Origin: Octopus sinensis
Taxonomy: Eukaryota
Direction: 5' to 3'
DNA length: 64,000 nucleotides
Assembly: GCF_006345805.1 (NCBI RefSeq)
Contig: NC_042998.1
Coordinates: forward strand, 79,298,001 to 79,362,000
A model generated the notes under the pieces. It made no database searches. It was not told the DNA's origin and saw only the letters and a list, made by a program, of their open reading frames with translations. Made by a program: the position numbers and the translations under genes. Within the stretch, counting starts at the first letter, position 1. Each line of letters opens with the position of its first letter. Shown piece by piece: positions 13,575 through 26,707 of this stretch.

Positions 13575-13760
13575 AGTGGAGGTTAGTCGATTCCATCTGC
13601 TTCCGTATCTGATTGGTACTTTATTTTATTAGTCCCTGGGGGTGGGGGTGATGAAAGATAAAGTTGACTCCGACATGTTTTGAATCCAAAGCGTTAAGTC
13701 AGAACAAATATTGCAAAGCATTTTGTTCGTTTCTTTAACATTTCTACTAGCTCAGTCTCC
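13575..13760 (-). mobile_element. Degenerate SINE family B copy
   Basis: GGTACT...GATGAAAGATAAAGTTGACTCCGAC matches the reverse complement of family B. Confidence 0.6.
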
Positions 13761-14391
13761 GAGGTTTAGACGAGTTGTGAGAAAGCGCTTTAATATTGCT
13801 AAATATCTCAACAACTTATCCCTCACTCGGAGAAACTAAAAAAACGAAAGAAGATTATTATACAACTCATTCAAACTACATTGGCAGACTGATATGAAGA
13901 AGTAAGATAAAAGGAACAACATTCAGAGATTAAGCGTATGAAGTGAAACCTAAAGGCTATCTTCAATGTTGCCCGCACCCTCCCTCTTATACATCAACAA
14001 CCAGCTTACAGTCACTGCCAACAATGCTCGCTTCTCTACAGATTATGCTCCTTCATTCTTCCCGGACCTTCCGCGTCCAAGCGTCATCTACCTGCAAACC
14101 AGAAATTTCTAGCGAATCTATACTGAGACTTGAAACATCCTTTAATGGAATCATAGCAATGATACCGCCTTCAGCATCACAAAGACAGAATCACTATACT
14201 TATCAATAATACATTGTCACACTCAGCTCAACATGAAAAGCAAGCAGCAATCATGGTTACTAATTAGTCACAATACAAAAACTACTTTTTATCTTCTCCC
14301 GAATGAAAATGTTGGCTACAGCTATTGTGAGTATCACTTTCTCCAGTTGCCATGTTGAAATGAAGGTCCATTGTAAAAGCAGAAAGAATTA

Positions 14392-14423
<32 letters not shown>

Positions 14424-16566
14424 CTTTTTGCACGTTGTGGCCATGCTAGGGTGCATGTATGTTGACAACAAAACCAATAAAATCTTCTCTTCCTTGATAT
14501 AATACCTATAAAATGAACGCAGTAAATCTAACATCAGAAGACGCTAATATAAATAACACGAACATATGTTGCCTCACGGCATGTCCACTGCATTAAAGTT
14601 ACTTCCATTAGATTTATCCCTTTTAATATTTTAGAAATATTTGTTCGGTGGGTGGAGTCAATTTAATAGTGTGCCCTATTTTTATTTATTCATCGATCTC
14701 AGAAGTGAACATAGAATTTAAAAGAATGCAACTAAATACTCTAAATCATTCTCAATTTTTGTAGCGAAGTGTCCCCTTCATTGAATGGTGTTTCACAAGA
14801 TCTTCCCTCCCTAAGTTTTACAAAGTTAAAACAGCTAACACCAAATTATTCTAACAAAACAGAAACTGATTTTGTACTCTAGTTTATCCATATTTTCTTA
14901 TTCTACTCCATCTTGTATGTGTCCCTTTTACTATATTTCCGTAGACTAAAGTCTTCTGGTCAATATTCTTTTGGAAATAACTCAAGGTGAAGACTTATGT
15001 AATAAAATTATATTGCACTTTGGCACATTTTCCTCGTGTTTCTATAGCCTGATCACATAATGTCCTACTTATATACTTTCATCCTGACAAAGATTTCCTT
15101 GAAAATATGTTTGGAATATATTCATTGTTTTTTTTATTTAAATGTTCTATTTCTAACAAAAATCGCAACTCTTTTAAATACTCAATTCACTCCAGTTCAC
15201 CCATGAAATTTATTCCCCACCCCCATCCTTGAGAGTTCCCAATGTTCTCGCGGTTGTTCTACCACACTAAGATTGGAATGAAATAACAGAAATTTTAGCA
15301 CTGGGCTCAAATTTGCTAAATTCTTGTAGTTAATTTCCATCTTTTAATACTCTATCTTCACACGCAACTGGATTCGACTTCGTTTTTCAATATTTAGCGA
15401 ACAGATAAAATATGTGGTTGTCCTGTTTCGGAAGTAGACTGGATTCCATATGTTATGTTATATTCTTACAAATTGGTGTTCATACGTCAACGCATGAAAT
15501 CATAATGCAATACAGAACAAAAACTGTGGCTCGGTTAAGAAAGTCTTCGGAGTTGCGTACTACTTTTCTCGGTTCTTCATTCAAAATCCTAGAACATTTG
15601 CGGTATGGTTGTAACAATACTGAAGATTTCATCGTTATGCAGTACTGGGAAAAAGTTTTCACTTCCAAGCCCATTTACTAACATTAGGTATAGCATGCAA
15701 CAAGAAGCCGATAAAGTGAAAATGGCTCGGCCAAGAATCGAATCTGTGTCACTGACTCAACGCCTTGTGTGCTCACTAGTATTCTATGAAACTCATTCCT
15801 TATATTTCTGCATCCATCATAAAATTATATTGTAGCATAAAATTATATTGTAGCATAAAATTATATTGCAGCATTGCAGTCAGAATTGATTATATTTAGG
15901 AAAAGGACTTCAATTTTTTGTGTTTTACTACTTTGCTACTGTACTGTAGCATTTCAGTTTTGCAATATACATGCCAGATCACTTATACGCAGTCCTGTAT
16001 ATAGCTTTAGTACTAATAAAATAGTTGTAGCAAAACTAACAAGTAATAGCAACTATACTAGCCCTTGTATATAACTAGTGCTGTAGAGCAACAAATTGAG
16101 CTAAATGGTAAACGCAGAGTAGAAAAAATAAAAACGTCATATCTTAAACAACAGTTGGCTCTGGGTAACAAACCAATTTAGTGTGTAAGTTAAGGTAAGC
16201 TCTGGGTAAATAGAAACTCACAATGTACTTTCAACTTTCAGTTGAAATACATTTAATTTTCCTAATACTGTAAATGTTTGAAAGAGAAGACATGAAGACT
16301 ACATTATCTCGTTTCCCTTTCAGTAAATGCATAGTCTTGTCCGTATTTAAAATGAAAAACAAAAAGAGAGAAAGAGAGAGAGAGAAATCAATAGTAATTA
16401 AATTTGGCGAGAGACTTAAAGCAAAAACCAAGCTCCAGGCAAATCGAATCACCTAAGCAATTTTGATTACAAGTCGATAACGATTCTACTCCGTTTAGAC
16501 TACTAATACCAATTGTGGAGTGCATAATTGCTTCGGATTTTCTGACTAATATGAGAAATAGACGAC

Positions 16567-17152
16567 GGCGGCGAGCTGGCGCCGTTAGTACGCTATCTTC
16601 GTTAGCACGCCGGGCGAAATGCTCAGCGGTATTTCGTCTCCCGTTACGTTCTGAGTTCAAATTCCGCCGAGGTCGACTTTGCCTTTCATCCTTTCGGGGT
16701 CGATAAATTAAGTACCAATTACGCACTGGGGTCGATAATATCGACTTAATCCGTTTGTACCTTCTGTGTTTAGCCCCTTGAGGATAGTAAACAAATAGGT
16801 ATTTCGTCTGTCTTTACGTTCTGAGTTCAAATTCCGTCGAGGTCGACTTAGCCTTTCATCCTTTCGGGGTCGATTAAATAAGTACCAGTTACGCACTGGG
16901 GTCGCTATAATCGACTTAATCCGTTTGTCTGTCCTCGTTTGTCCTCTCTGTGTTTAGCCCCTTGTGGGTAGTAAAGAAATAGGTATTTCGTCGGCAGCTA
17001 CGTTCTGAGGTCAAATTCTATCGAGGTCGACTTTGTCTTTCATCCTTTCGGGATCGATAAATTAAGTACGAGTTGCGTACTAGGGTCAAGCTAATCGACT
17101 GCCCTTCCCCCTCCCCGAAAATTCCGGACCTTGTGCCTAGAGTAGAAAAGAA
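16567..17152 (+). mobile_element. Head-to-tail array of three SINE family B units
   Basis: GTATTTCGTC...GAGTTCAAATTCCGCCGAGGTCGACTTTGCCTTTCATCCTTTCGGGGTCGAT recurs at about 16629, 16799 and 16983. Confidence 0.9.
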
Positions 17153-17524
17153 TATGAAAATTCGTCAAAAGCATTTTGGTAAGCTTTTGATCAGACGAGA
17201 TTTATAATTCTTGATTGAAAGTTGTGGTATTCATTCACTTAGAAATGAATGGATGCTACAACCTCCTCCTGTCTTCCCTTCCTATCATATTCTCTAAAAT
17301 ATGATGCCTTCCCACGTCGAGAGAAAGAAACTAATGTTAGGAAAACCTAACCAGTCTGATGCAGCTCGAACAAAAAAAAATTGTCAGGTTTTGGATTTTG
17401 AACTCCTTTCCACATACTTATATCTGTCTCCTTCCATACACTCACACATGCACACAGGTATATACATCTAAATATACATATGCATTTACATATATAGAAA
17501 GAGAGAGATAGACAGGCAGGCATG

Positions 17525-18150
<626 letters not shown>

Positions 18151-18999
18151 GATGTTTTCATATATGTGTACATACATACGCCTGCTGGTGTCTATGCATG
18201 CGGGTTCGTTGAGATATGCGCGCGGTAATTGTGCGTGAGTATGTGTATTTGAGAGTGCATATGTTCATGTGCGTGTGTTTGCGTGTGTGTGCGTGTGTGT
18301 GTATGTGTGTAGTTGAATTTCTTCTTCTTCCTCTTTTTTTTTTACTGCAATGTCATGTACTGAAATCGGGTCACATCACACCCAGATCAATATCGAAGGG
18401 GCGTGATACACAAATACTATCTGCATTTCATCATCAGCTTTTTTTCTGAAAAGAGACATGAATTACTCTAACTGAAAGAGTATTGAGAATGACTCGGCGT
18501 GTGTTTCATGAATTGTGTCTTTTGCCCTAATTTTTTTTTAATCAATTTACTTATTTATTTACTTCTTTATTTCATAGCATTTTGCTCCATATGTGTTTCC
18601 TTATATACATATGTCGCGTGTACGCACAAATGAGCGCGCGCACGTACACATGATCAAAAATGCAGCACTGGGTGCATATATATTGACATATGAATACATG
18701 CACACCTCCCAGCAGGATTTTATACATATAAATATATATATGGGGGTATATCCTTATAAATGTTTAAGACGCTTAGGTATATGTATGTATTGTGTGTGTG
18801 TGTGTGTGGTGTGTGTGTGTGTGTGTGTGTGTGTCTGTGTGTGTGTTTGTGTGTTTGTGTGTGCGCGCGCGTGTTTATGCGTGTACTCGCGCGTCTATGT
18901 AATGTATATAGAAAATTAACTAGGAGATCATGTTCTGCAAGCTGTGTGCGTATGAATGTATACATACATGCATATGAGTGTGTGTGTGTGTGTGTATGT

Positions 19000-19071
<72 letters not shown>

Positions 19072-19169
19072 GTATGTATGTATATATACTTACACCATAC
19101 AAACACGCATATACACGTGTATGTATATATATATATATATATTACTTGAATAAACATATATATACACAC

Positions 19170-19375
19170 ACTGTCACCACTTGACAACCGGTGTTGGTGT
19201 GATTATAGCGGTTCGGCAAAGTAACCGATAGAATTATAGCGGTTCGGCAAAGTAACCGATAGAATAATCATCAGGCTTAAAGAAAAAATAAGTACTGAGA
19301 GTGATTCATTCGACTAAAATCTTCTTCAAGGCGGTGCCTCAGCACGGCCGCTATCAACTGAAACAAATAAAGATG
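19170..19375 (+). mobile_element. 3' half of SINE family A with a 31-bp internal tandem duplication
   Basis: CTTGACAACCGGTGTTGGTGT...; ATTATAGCGGTTCGGCAAAGTAACCGATAGA occurs twice. Confidence 0.75.
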
Positions 19376-19521
19376 GCAACAATAAGATATGTGAGTTTTC
19401 CTATTGATGGATACTTTGGGCTAATGAAATAAGTGCAGTTTTTAAAAGAAGGTAGTGTTAGCGATTACGAGTACCAGGTGATTAAGGATATACCAGTGGT
19501 ATATCCGTCTCAAGGATATAC

Positions 19522-19751
19522 CTATTTCTTTATTACTCACAAGGGGCTAAACACAGAGGGGGCAAACAAGGACAGACATAGGTATTAAGTCGATTACATC
19601 GACCCCAGTGCGTAACTGGTACTTAATTTATCGACCCCGAAAGGATGAAAGGCAAAGTCGACCTCGGCGGAATTTGAACTCACAACGTAACGGCAGATGA
19701 AATACCGCTAAGCATTTCGCCCGGCGTGCTAACGTTTCTGCTAGCTTGCCG
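19522..19751 (-). mobile_element. SINE family B, near full length
   Basis: Reverse complement of the 21426-21658 unit. Confidence 0.9.
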
Positions 19752-19759
19752 GATGTTGG

Positions 19760-20760
19760 AAAGCTGTTTCGATGATCACGGAGTCTCCAGATGAATTGGG
19801 ACGGGAGGTAAAGTTTTCATTGTCCCTACATCTGAACAAATGCGTGTGTTGTATGTATCTTCTCTTAAATTTATTGGCTGTAATGCCAGTGTAGCGTTAC
19901 GCAATGCCATTGGATGGTGTGCAGAGGGTTCTAAATACTACAGTTTTTTAGAGGCCGGATTCTGATCAGCTGTTAGAATTTCATCACTTACATTGGTGGA
20001 AACATCTAGATTGGAGGGTTAAAACAAATTGCCTTTCCTTAATTATTTTTAGATTTAAGGATGTGGTAGAAATCTTCCGTATACACAAATTTATCAGTAA
20101 AGTCACTCATTCCTCGCTAGTGCCGCGTTACAGTAGAGTGAAATCTTCTTGAAGACTAGCTTTCTAATTACAGTGGTTGAGGTGTTTGGGGGTATTGACA
20201 GTTTCCTGATTAGGTTTTCTGTAGGTATAGTATTTGCATATCTTGTGTTTAAAGGTTACGCCCAAGAAGTTAAGTTGGTGGAAACAGTTACAGTGAGATA
20301 GAATCTTTTGGAAAGTGTTTATAAGATTCTTCCACGTCTTATCAATAGCATGGCCGTTCACGTGCATAGAGATTGCCAGACAGACAATCGTCCTTGTACA
20401 AGGTCTGACTATGAGGTGTGTATGTTTCTTTAGAGTGTTCGCGATAAATAATCCGACCAGGATTATTCATAATGATTTTTGGATCGAATTCTGATGAATT
20501 GTCTACCAAAGTCTCGGGCCTTCAGGAGGAGGGATTTCAAGACAGACGAATTGGGTAAACCTGTTGGGTGTGTTAGTCTTGAAACTGCAGAACCAATTAA
20601 TTACAACAGTGCTAAAATTGTATAAGATAAACTCTGTAAACCTGGGGCTGATGCATCGATAATACGATTATATACAATACCTATTTCGCTCTTAGAGGAT
20701 TTAATTAGCCTACATTCAGGATAAGAAACGAAGTTGGGTGTGGAAATTCAAGCGTGTAAT
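19760..20760 (-). mobile_element. Highly degraded divergent Penelope-like RT
   Basis: Minus-strand motifs in the expected order: CRLIKSSKSEIG, LYKDDCL (GLYRDDGL type), NFLGVTF..YRKPN..NH. Confidence 0.6.
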
Positions 20761-20845
20761 CGGGAGGCGCGTGGCGAGGCGGTTCAAACTATCCTCTATC
20801 TTTGGAAGAGTGGGCAGCTCCTTCGCTTCGTTGTTTATGTCATTG

Positions 20846-20846
20846 A

Positions 20847-20878
<32 letters not shown>

Positions 20879-20879
20879 G

Positions 20880-20910
<31 letters not shown>

Positions 20911-20916
20911 AAAAAA

Positions 20917-20950
<34 letters not shown>
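20846..20950. repeat. (GAAA)n microsatellite
   Basis: Direct reading. Confidence 0.95.
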
Positions 20951-21425
20951 ATGTCCCAGTAACACTGGAACTGTTACTTAGTCCAGACATACTCCATTAA
21001 TTACCAAACTTTTAGCTATAGTTCCATGCATGTTATCTGCAGCATAAAACACAGTTGTGTCGGTGAAGACATCGTTTTCATGAATTGTCGCATCGTATAC
21101 CAAATTTTATGACTAATAGCTCAAATTCTATTATCAATAAGACGGGGTTCATTACAAAAGAACACCAACATTTCCGCGCAGAAATGAAATTGACGATGAA
21201 AATTCTCTTCGTCTTCATTTATTGATTTTACGGCTTTAAGAATATATGTGACATGAATTTAAATTCTCCAGAATGCATCGCAATGAGGTTTGGCTAATAT
21301 TCAATTGAGATGAACCATGCATAATAGACGTGAAATAATGCGGTGCAAAATGTAGAGTGATTAACTGAGCATTCCATTTTGACACGAAGCGATTAGAACG
21401 AAATGCATTATTAATATGAACCTGT

Positions 21426-22450
21426 GGGTGGCGAGCTGGCAGAAACGTTAGCAAGCCGGGCGAAATGCTTTGTGGTATTTCGTCCGCCGCTGCGTTCTGA
21501 GTTCAAATTCCGCCGAGGTCGACTTTGCCTTTCATCCTTTCGGGGTCGATAAATTAAGTACCAGTTACGCACTGGGGTCGATGTAATCGACTTAATCCCT
21601 TTGTCTGTCCTTGTTTGTCCCCTCTATGTTTAGCCCCTTGTGGGCAATAAAGAAATAAGAATCGTTAGCAGCCGGGCGAAATTTATAGGTTTTACGTTCT
21701 GAGTTCAAATTTCGCCGTGATCAACTTTGCCTTTCATCCTTTCGGAATCAATAAATTAAGCACTAGTTAAACACTAGGGTTGATGTAATCGACTAGTTCT
21801 CTTCCCCCAAATTTCAAGCCTTGTGCCTTTAGTAGAAAAGAATTATTAATATCAACCTAAAGGCGATGAGCTGGCAGAGTTGTTAGCACGCCCGGCAAAA
21901 TGTTTAGCGATGTTTCATACGCCTTCACGTTTTGAGTTCAAATTCCGCCGAAGCCGACTTTGCCTTTTATACTTTTATGGTCGATAAAATAGGTACCGGT
22001 CGAGGACCGGGGTTGATGTAATCGACTACCCCCTTCCCCGCAATTTCAGGTTTTGTATCTATAGCAGAAAGAATTATTGATATGAACCTGTACTATCCCA
22101 TTTCCTTAAAATGCATATCAGTCATTATCCTGGTTGGGCGATAACTTATCAACTGCTTTCTCCATTACAATTGAATTGGAATTGAATATTTATGTTTCTC
22201 CAGCGCTATAGTATATCTAACTTTTTTTTTATGAAAATGTGCGCATATAAACATGATATGTATAGCATTGCGCTGAATTAAATTTAGATGGTGAGCTGGC
22301 AGAACCGTTAGCATACTGGACAAAATGTTTAGCGGCATTTCGTCTGTTCTCATTTTGCCGAAGTCAACTTTGTCTTTCCTCCTTTTCGGGGTCGATATTA
22401 TCGACTACTACCACCCCCAAATTTTCAGGCCTTGTTCTCATTGTAGAAAA
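21426..22450 (+). mobile_element. Cluster of four same-orientation SINE family B copies
   Basis: Units start at about 21426, 21656, 21861 and 22287, with GAGCTGGCAGAA..GTTAGCA heads and a shared central domain. Confidence 0.88.
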
Positions 22451-22699
22451 TAATATTTTAAAGTGAATTTCATTGGCTACTACAGCTCAATTCAATGGGT
22501 ATTTGACAATTTAAGATAAACACTAATCATTTGCGTATGCAAGCGCACATACATAAATACATACATACATACATACATACATACATACATACATACATAC
22601 ATACATACATACATACATACATACATACATACATACATACATACATACATACATACATACATACATACATACATACATACATACATACATACATACATA

Positions 22700-22862
22700 C
22701 TTTTTCTTTCTCTCTCAAACAAAAACACCCGGTCTGTTATGTTTGCATTTGATAGAAGTTTTGATGGGAATGTTCCGCCAATATTCCTTGTATTGTTTTT
22801 AATGTATATTCTCAGTAACAAGGAAGGTGATTCTCTATATTCATACCAAGACAGTCTTTTGC
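22700..22862 (-). mobile_element. R4/Dong-like RLE fragment abutting (TACA)n at 22549-22699
   Basis: Minus strand encodes KEYWRNIPIKTSIKCKHNRPG; homologous to about 893-1050. Confidence 0.7.
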
Positions 22863-23289
22863 TGAGTATGTATGTGTCTATATATTTGTATGTAGGTATA
22901 CTTGTGTACGCGTGTGTGTGTGTGTATATTTCTATACGCAACATTTTTTTGATAATTTGTAAGGAGAGGATGAAACTATGAAAAAAGAAGGCTAAAGACA
23001 AAAACTACTTAAATGGTCATTTAAACGAGATATCAGAATCGAAAATACCCACCATTCACTTCCCATCTGATATCATATAACCAGTGAATGAGTAATATGA
23101 AGCTACCTCATCCCTTTGTATTCTCCAGATGACACGAGTGCACTGAGTATTGGTTATAATAGGGTTCATCATCCTAATCCAACAGAATCAGGTCATCAGA
23201 AACATAGGAAGGAATGAGTTGGCAATATTGTTCATTCATATGATATCAAGTGAGGGTTTCACAACTGTAAAGTGAATCTTTAGTATTTA

Positions 23290-23625
23290 CATGCCTAGTA
23301 CATAAAGTAAAAGACGAGCAAGGCTGTCTGTTATGAAGTCGATCCAACAAAGGAGTCTCTACCTGGTCGCTTGATCCGCGAGAAATAGCAGCCATATGTA
23401 ACTCAACTCTTATCATGCTCTTTTAAGAAGGAAAAGACGTCTTGGACAATGTAGTAATAGATATTCTATGTTTCGAAAACAAACGGAATAGCTTTTTGAT
23501 TAAAGGTCTACTCGATCGGCAATAATCTTCAGCTAAAAAAAACAATAAGAATCATAATTCGCTTCTTAATGTTGTTTAGCCCTAAGTTAGTCAGTAACGG
23601 GCAGACCCATGTTTAAAGATATGCC
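23290..23625. mobile_element. Degenerate SINE-like family E copies (inverted pair)
   Basis: AGAAATAGCAGCC...CTCGATC...GCTAAA(C)AACAA motifs also occur at about 26750-26915 and, reversed, at about 6250-6385 and 52270-52340. Confidence 0.45.
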
Positions 23626-23649
23626 ATCTTAATTTGCTCACTGTCTATT

Positions 23650-25250
23650 ATAAAGACTTAAAGTTAAGACCCATTATAGCTGGCCCAGCCTGTGAAACAC
23701 ACCGCCTAAGCAATTTTCTAGACATGCTAGAGCACCTACTGAAAACAACTAATAAAGAGGCATTATTAGTTTCCTTCGATGTTATTAATCTATATACCAG
23801 CATCCACATAACTGTGGAATAGAAGCAATAACATTCTGGCTGGAAAAGTACCCCGAAGTACTTCCGGAACGCATAAACCAGGTCTTTATAACTGAACCTT
23901 TAAAATTTATACTTTTGAAAAATTATTTCCTATTTGATGACTCCTACTATCGTCAAAAATGTGGAATTGCGATAGGAACGAAAGCAGCCCCTGTTCTTGC
24001 GAACCTAATAACAAGTTATTTTAAATTCTCCATATATGAAATGTTACTGCAAAAATATGGATATCCATTTCACCATTATATAAGAGAGAACTGGAAAAGA
24101 TACCTTGATAACTGCTTTATCATTTGGAAGGAGACCATTGATAAACTTTTGGATTTCCAATCAATACTAAATAATATTAACCCTAACATTCAATTCACAA
24201 TGGGATATAGCAAAGAACAGCTCCCTTTCTTGGATGTTATGATAAAAAAAAGCCAACAACCAAATTATAACTAATATTTATCATAAACCAACGGACTCGA
24301 AGCAATATTTCCTGTTTAGCTCATGCCACCTGAAACACACAAAAAGAAATATCCCTTCTAATTTAGCAAAAAGGATTTGCACAATAGTATCTAATAGAAA
24401 TATTCGGGACCTTCGTCTTCAAGACCTCAAAACAACACTAACTGAAAGACAATATCCACCCTCACTTATAGACGATGAAATTAAGCATGCTAAGAAATTA
24501 GACATTAAAACACTAAGGGCAACAAAATGTAACATCAGACCTCATCTCAAAACACTACTGTATATATCAACTCACAACCCTAGAAACAATGAGGCATACA
24601 ACACTATTTGTACAAAATCTACTTATGCTCACTAGAGATTCAAAAATGAACAACAATCTGAAAACACATAAATCCATCAAATGCAAAAAGCAACCTAAAT
24701 CGCTAAAATGACTGCTAACAAATGTGAATCTTTACACCACAACCACAACCACAAAACCAACGGTTAAAGAATGTAGACGCCCAAACTGTGGAATATGCTC
24801 CAACCTACTGGAAGGTTCGGAATTCCTATTCAAACAAGGAGAGAGGTTTACAATTAAACCCAACTTCACTTGTGCTTCCGAGAATCTAATTTATGTTATA
24901 ACTTGCTCAGGTTGTGAACATAACTATATAGGACAGACAAGTATGACACTGAGACGGAGAACCACACTACATAAGGAACAGATCCAGGCCTCGCAATACA
25001 GACAGATTCCTTTGAGTGAACGCCTGGTGAGATGTACAGGTAATATCCAACCAAAGTTCACAGTTTTCCCGTCTAGCATTGCAAAGGAACAATTTCTATA
25101 CAAAAATGTATAAATAAAGAAAATTTGTTCATCGAAAAATACAGAACACATCTAAATATAAACGCATAACCAACTTTAATCTCAGTAAATATTTTAATTC
25201 ATGATCACATACTCATCACTTTACATATTTCATCTCACTACTTTAACTTT
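23650..25250 (+). mobile_element. Penelope-like retroelement, disrupted RT plus GIY-YIG endonuclease
   Basis: KLRPIIAG, SFDVINLYTSI, GIAIGTKAAPVLANL, WKRYLDNCF, LPFLDV, then CRRPNCGIC and NLIYVITCSGC..YIGQT; frameshifts and stops present. Confidence 0.92.
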
Positions 25251-25290
25251 TGAGTTTTTGTGTATATACACGTTTGCAGTCCTGTACAAG

Positions 25291-25359
<69 letters not shown>

Positions 25360-25889
25360 TGTGTGGTGTGTGTGTGGTGTGTGTGTGTGTGTGTATGTAT
25401 GTATGCGTTCGTCTGTATGTATATATATGTGTGTATTTGTATGTGTGCGTGTACGTGTGTGTCCTCTTCTGTTTTTAATTATTTAAATTCTTCCCCTGAG
25501 AGTGCAGCTGGTTTGTAACAAAGATACAAAGCTCCGTCGCTGGTTGTAGATAACTAAAACAAGTTTACACTTTGAACTCGAGAAAAGTCTTGCTTATTTT
25601 TCTGTTCCACATACACATTGTATTTATAATGTAGAAATTAGTCGGTTGATTTCTCTTTTCTTTTTTCTCTTTCTTTCTTTTCTATGCGTATATGCCCCTT
25701 GTCTGCTGGAGATATGTTAGAACAACTGTCATGCTGTTGACACCTATCTGAGGTAGAAACACGTGCTCACGACTTTCTTCTATCTCTAGACAGTAGGCCT
25801 GTCCTTTTCCTTAATAACAGGTCAATTTATTTTACCCCGACCTCGGTAGATAATAGATATGTGATTGGATTCTTGTTATTCTTTTATTC

Positions 25890-26323
25890 TTTTAGACGTT
25901 TCAGTCATTTGACTGCAACCATGCTGCCTTAAAGGGTTTTTTAGTCGAAGAACTCGACCCCAGGACTTATTCTTTGTAAGCCTAGTATTTAAATTATTGG
26001 TTCGGCAAAAGCAGAACCGCTAAGTTACAGGGTCATAAACACGCCGCCACCGGTTGGCATGCGATGGTGAGGAAGACAAACACAGACACAAAGACACACA
26101 CATAAATACATACACACACACACAAACACATATACACACACAGAGAAACACACACACGCATAGATATATACTACGGGCTTCTTTCAGTTTCCAGCTACCA
26201 AATCCATTCAGAAGGCTTTGGTAGGCCCGAGGTTATAGTAAAAGACACTTGCCCAAGGTGCCAAGCAGTGGGACTGAGCCCGGAACAATGTGGTAGAGAA
26301 GCAAGCTTCTTACCACACAGCCA
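25890..26323 (-). mobile_element. SINE family A
   Basis: Reverse complement of 3299-3718, with an internal (CA)n tract. Confidence 0.88.
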
Positions 26324-26531
26324 GCTTATTTTATTTATTTATTTATCTATTTATTTATTTTGCCGTTTCTATTGTTTGTATATGTCATAAGCATGTATAC
26401 CCCCACCTTTACTAATCTGTTACGATGTACTAAGGTAATATGTCATTGATTGTTGCTGCTGTTATGTTTTGTTCGTTGATATTGTTCCTGTTTACTTACT
26501 TGCTTATCTCTGTTCTGTATCGTTTGTTTAG

Positions 26532-26707
26532 GTGAGAGACCGTTTGTGTGTAAAGAACCGGAATGTGGAAAGGCATTCATAAGAAATGAGGAGTTAACTC
26601 GACATCGTCGTATCCACACTGGGGAGCGACCCCACAGCTGCAGTGTTTGCTGCAAGGCTTTCACACGCAAAGACCACCTCAGTAAACACATGAAGACACA
26701 TACCTGA
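26532..26707 (+). CDS. hkb: Terminal coding exon of a huckebein-like C2H2 zinc-finger transcription factor (fingers 2-3)
   Basis: Acceptor ...TTTGTTTAG at 26531, phase 1; encodes (G)[67 protein letters not shown] matches the huckebein finger-2 helix. Orthology not tested. Confidence 0.85.

Noticed and set aside
13940-14210. Weak LINE RT-like traces (also about 9480-9570 and 58360-58480)
   Set aside because: Only isolated degenerate motifs; not enough to call a family by eye.
16567-17152. CRISPR-like periodicity
   Set aside because: Units are whole SINE copies without unique spacers; eukaryotic context with no cas genes.
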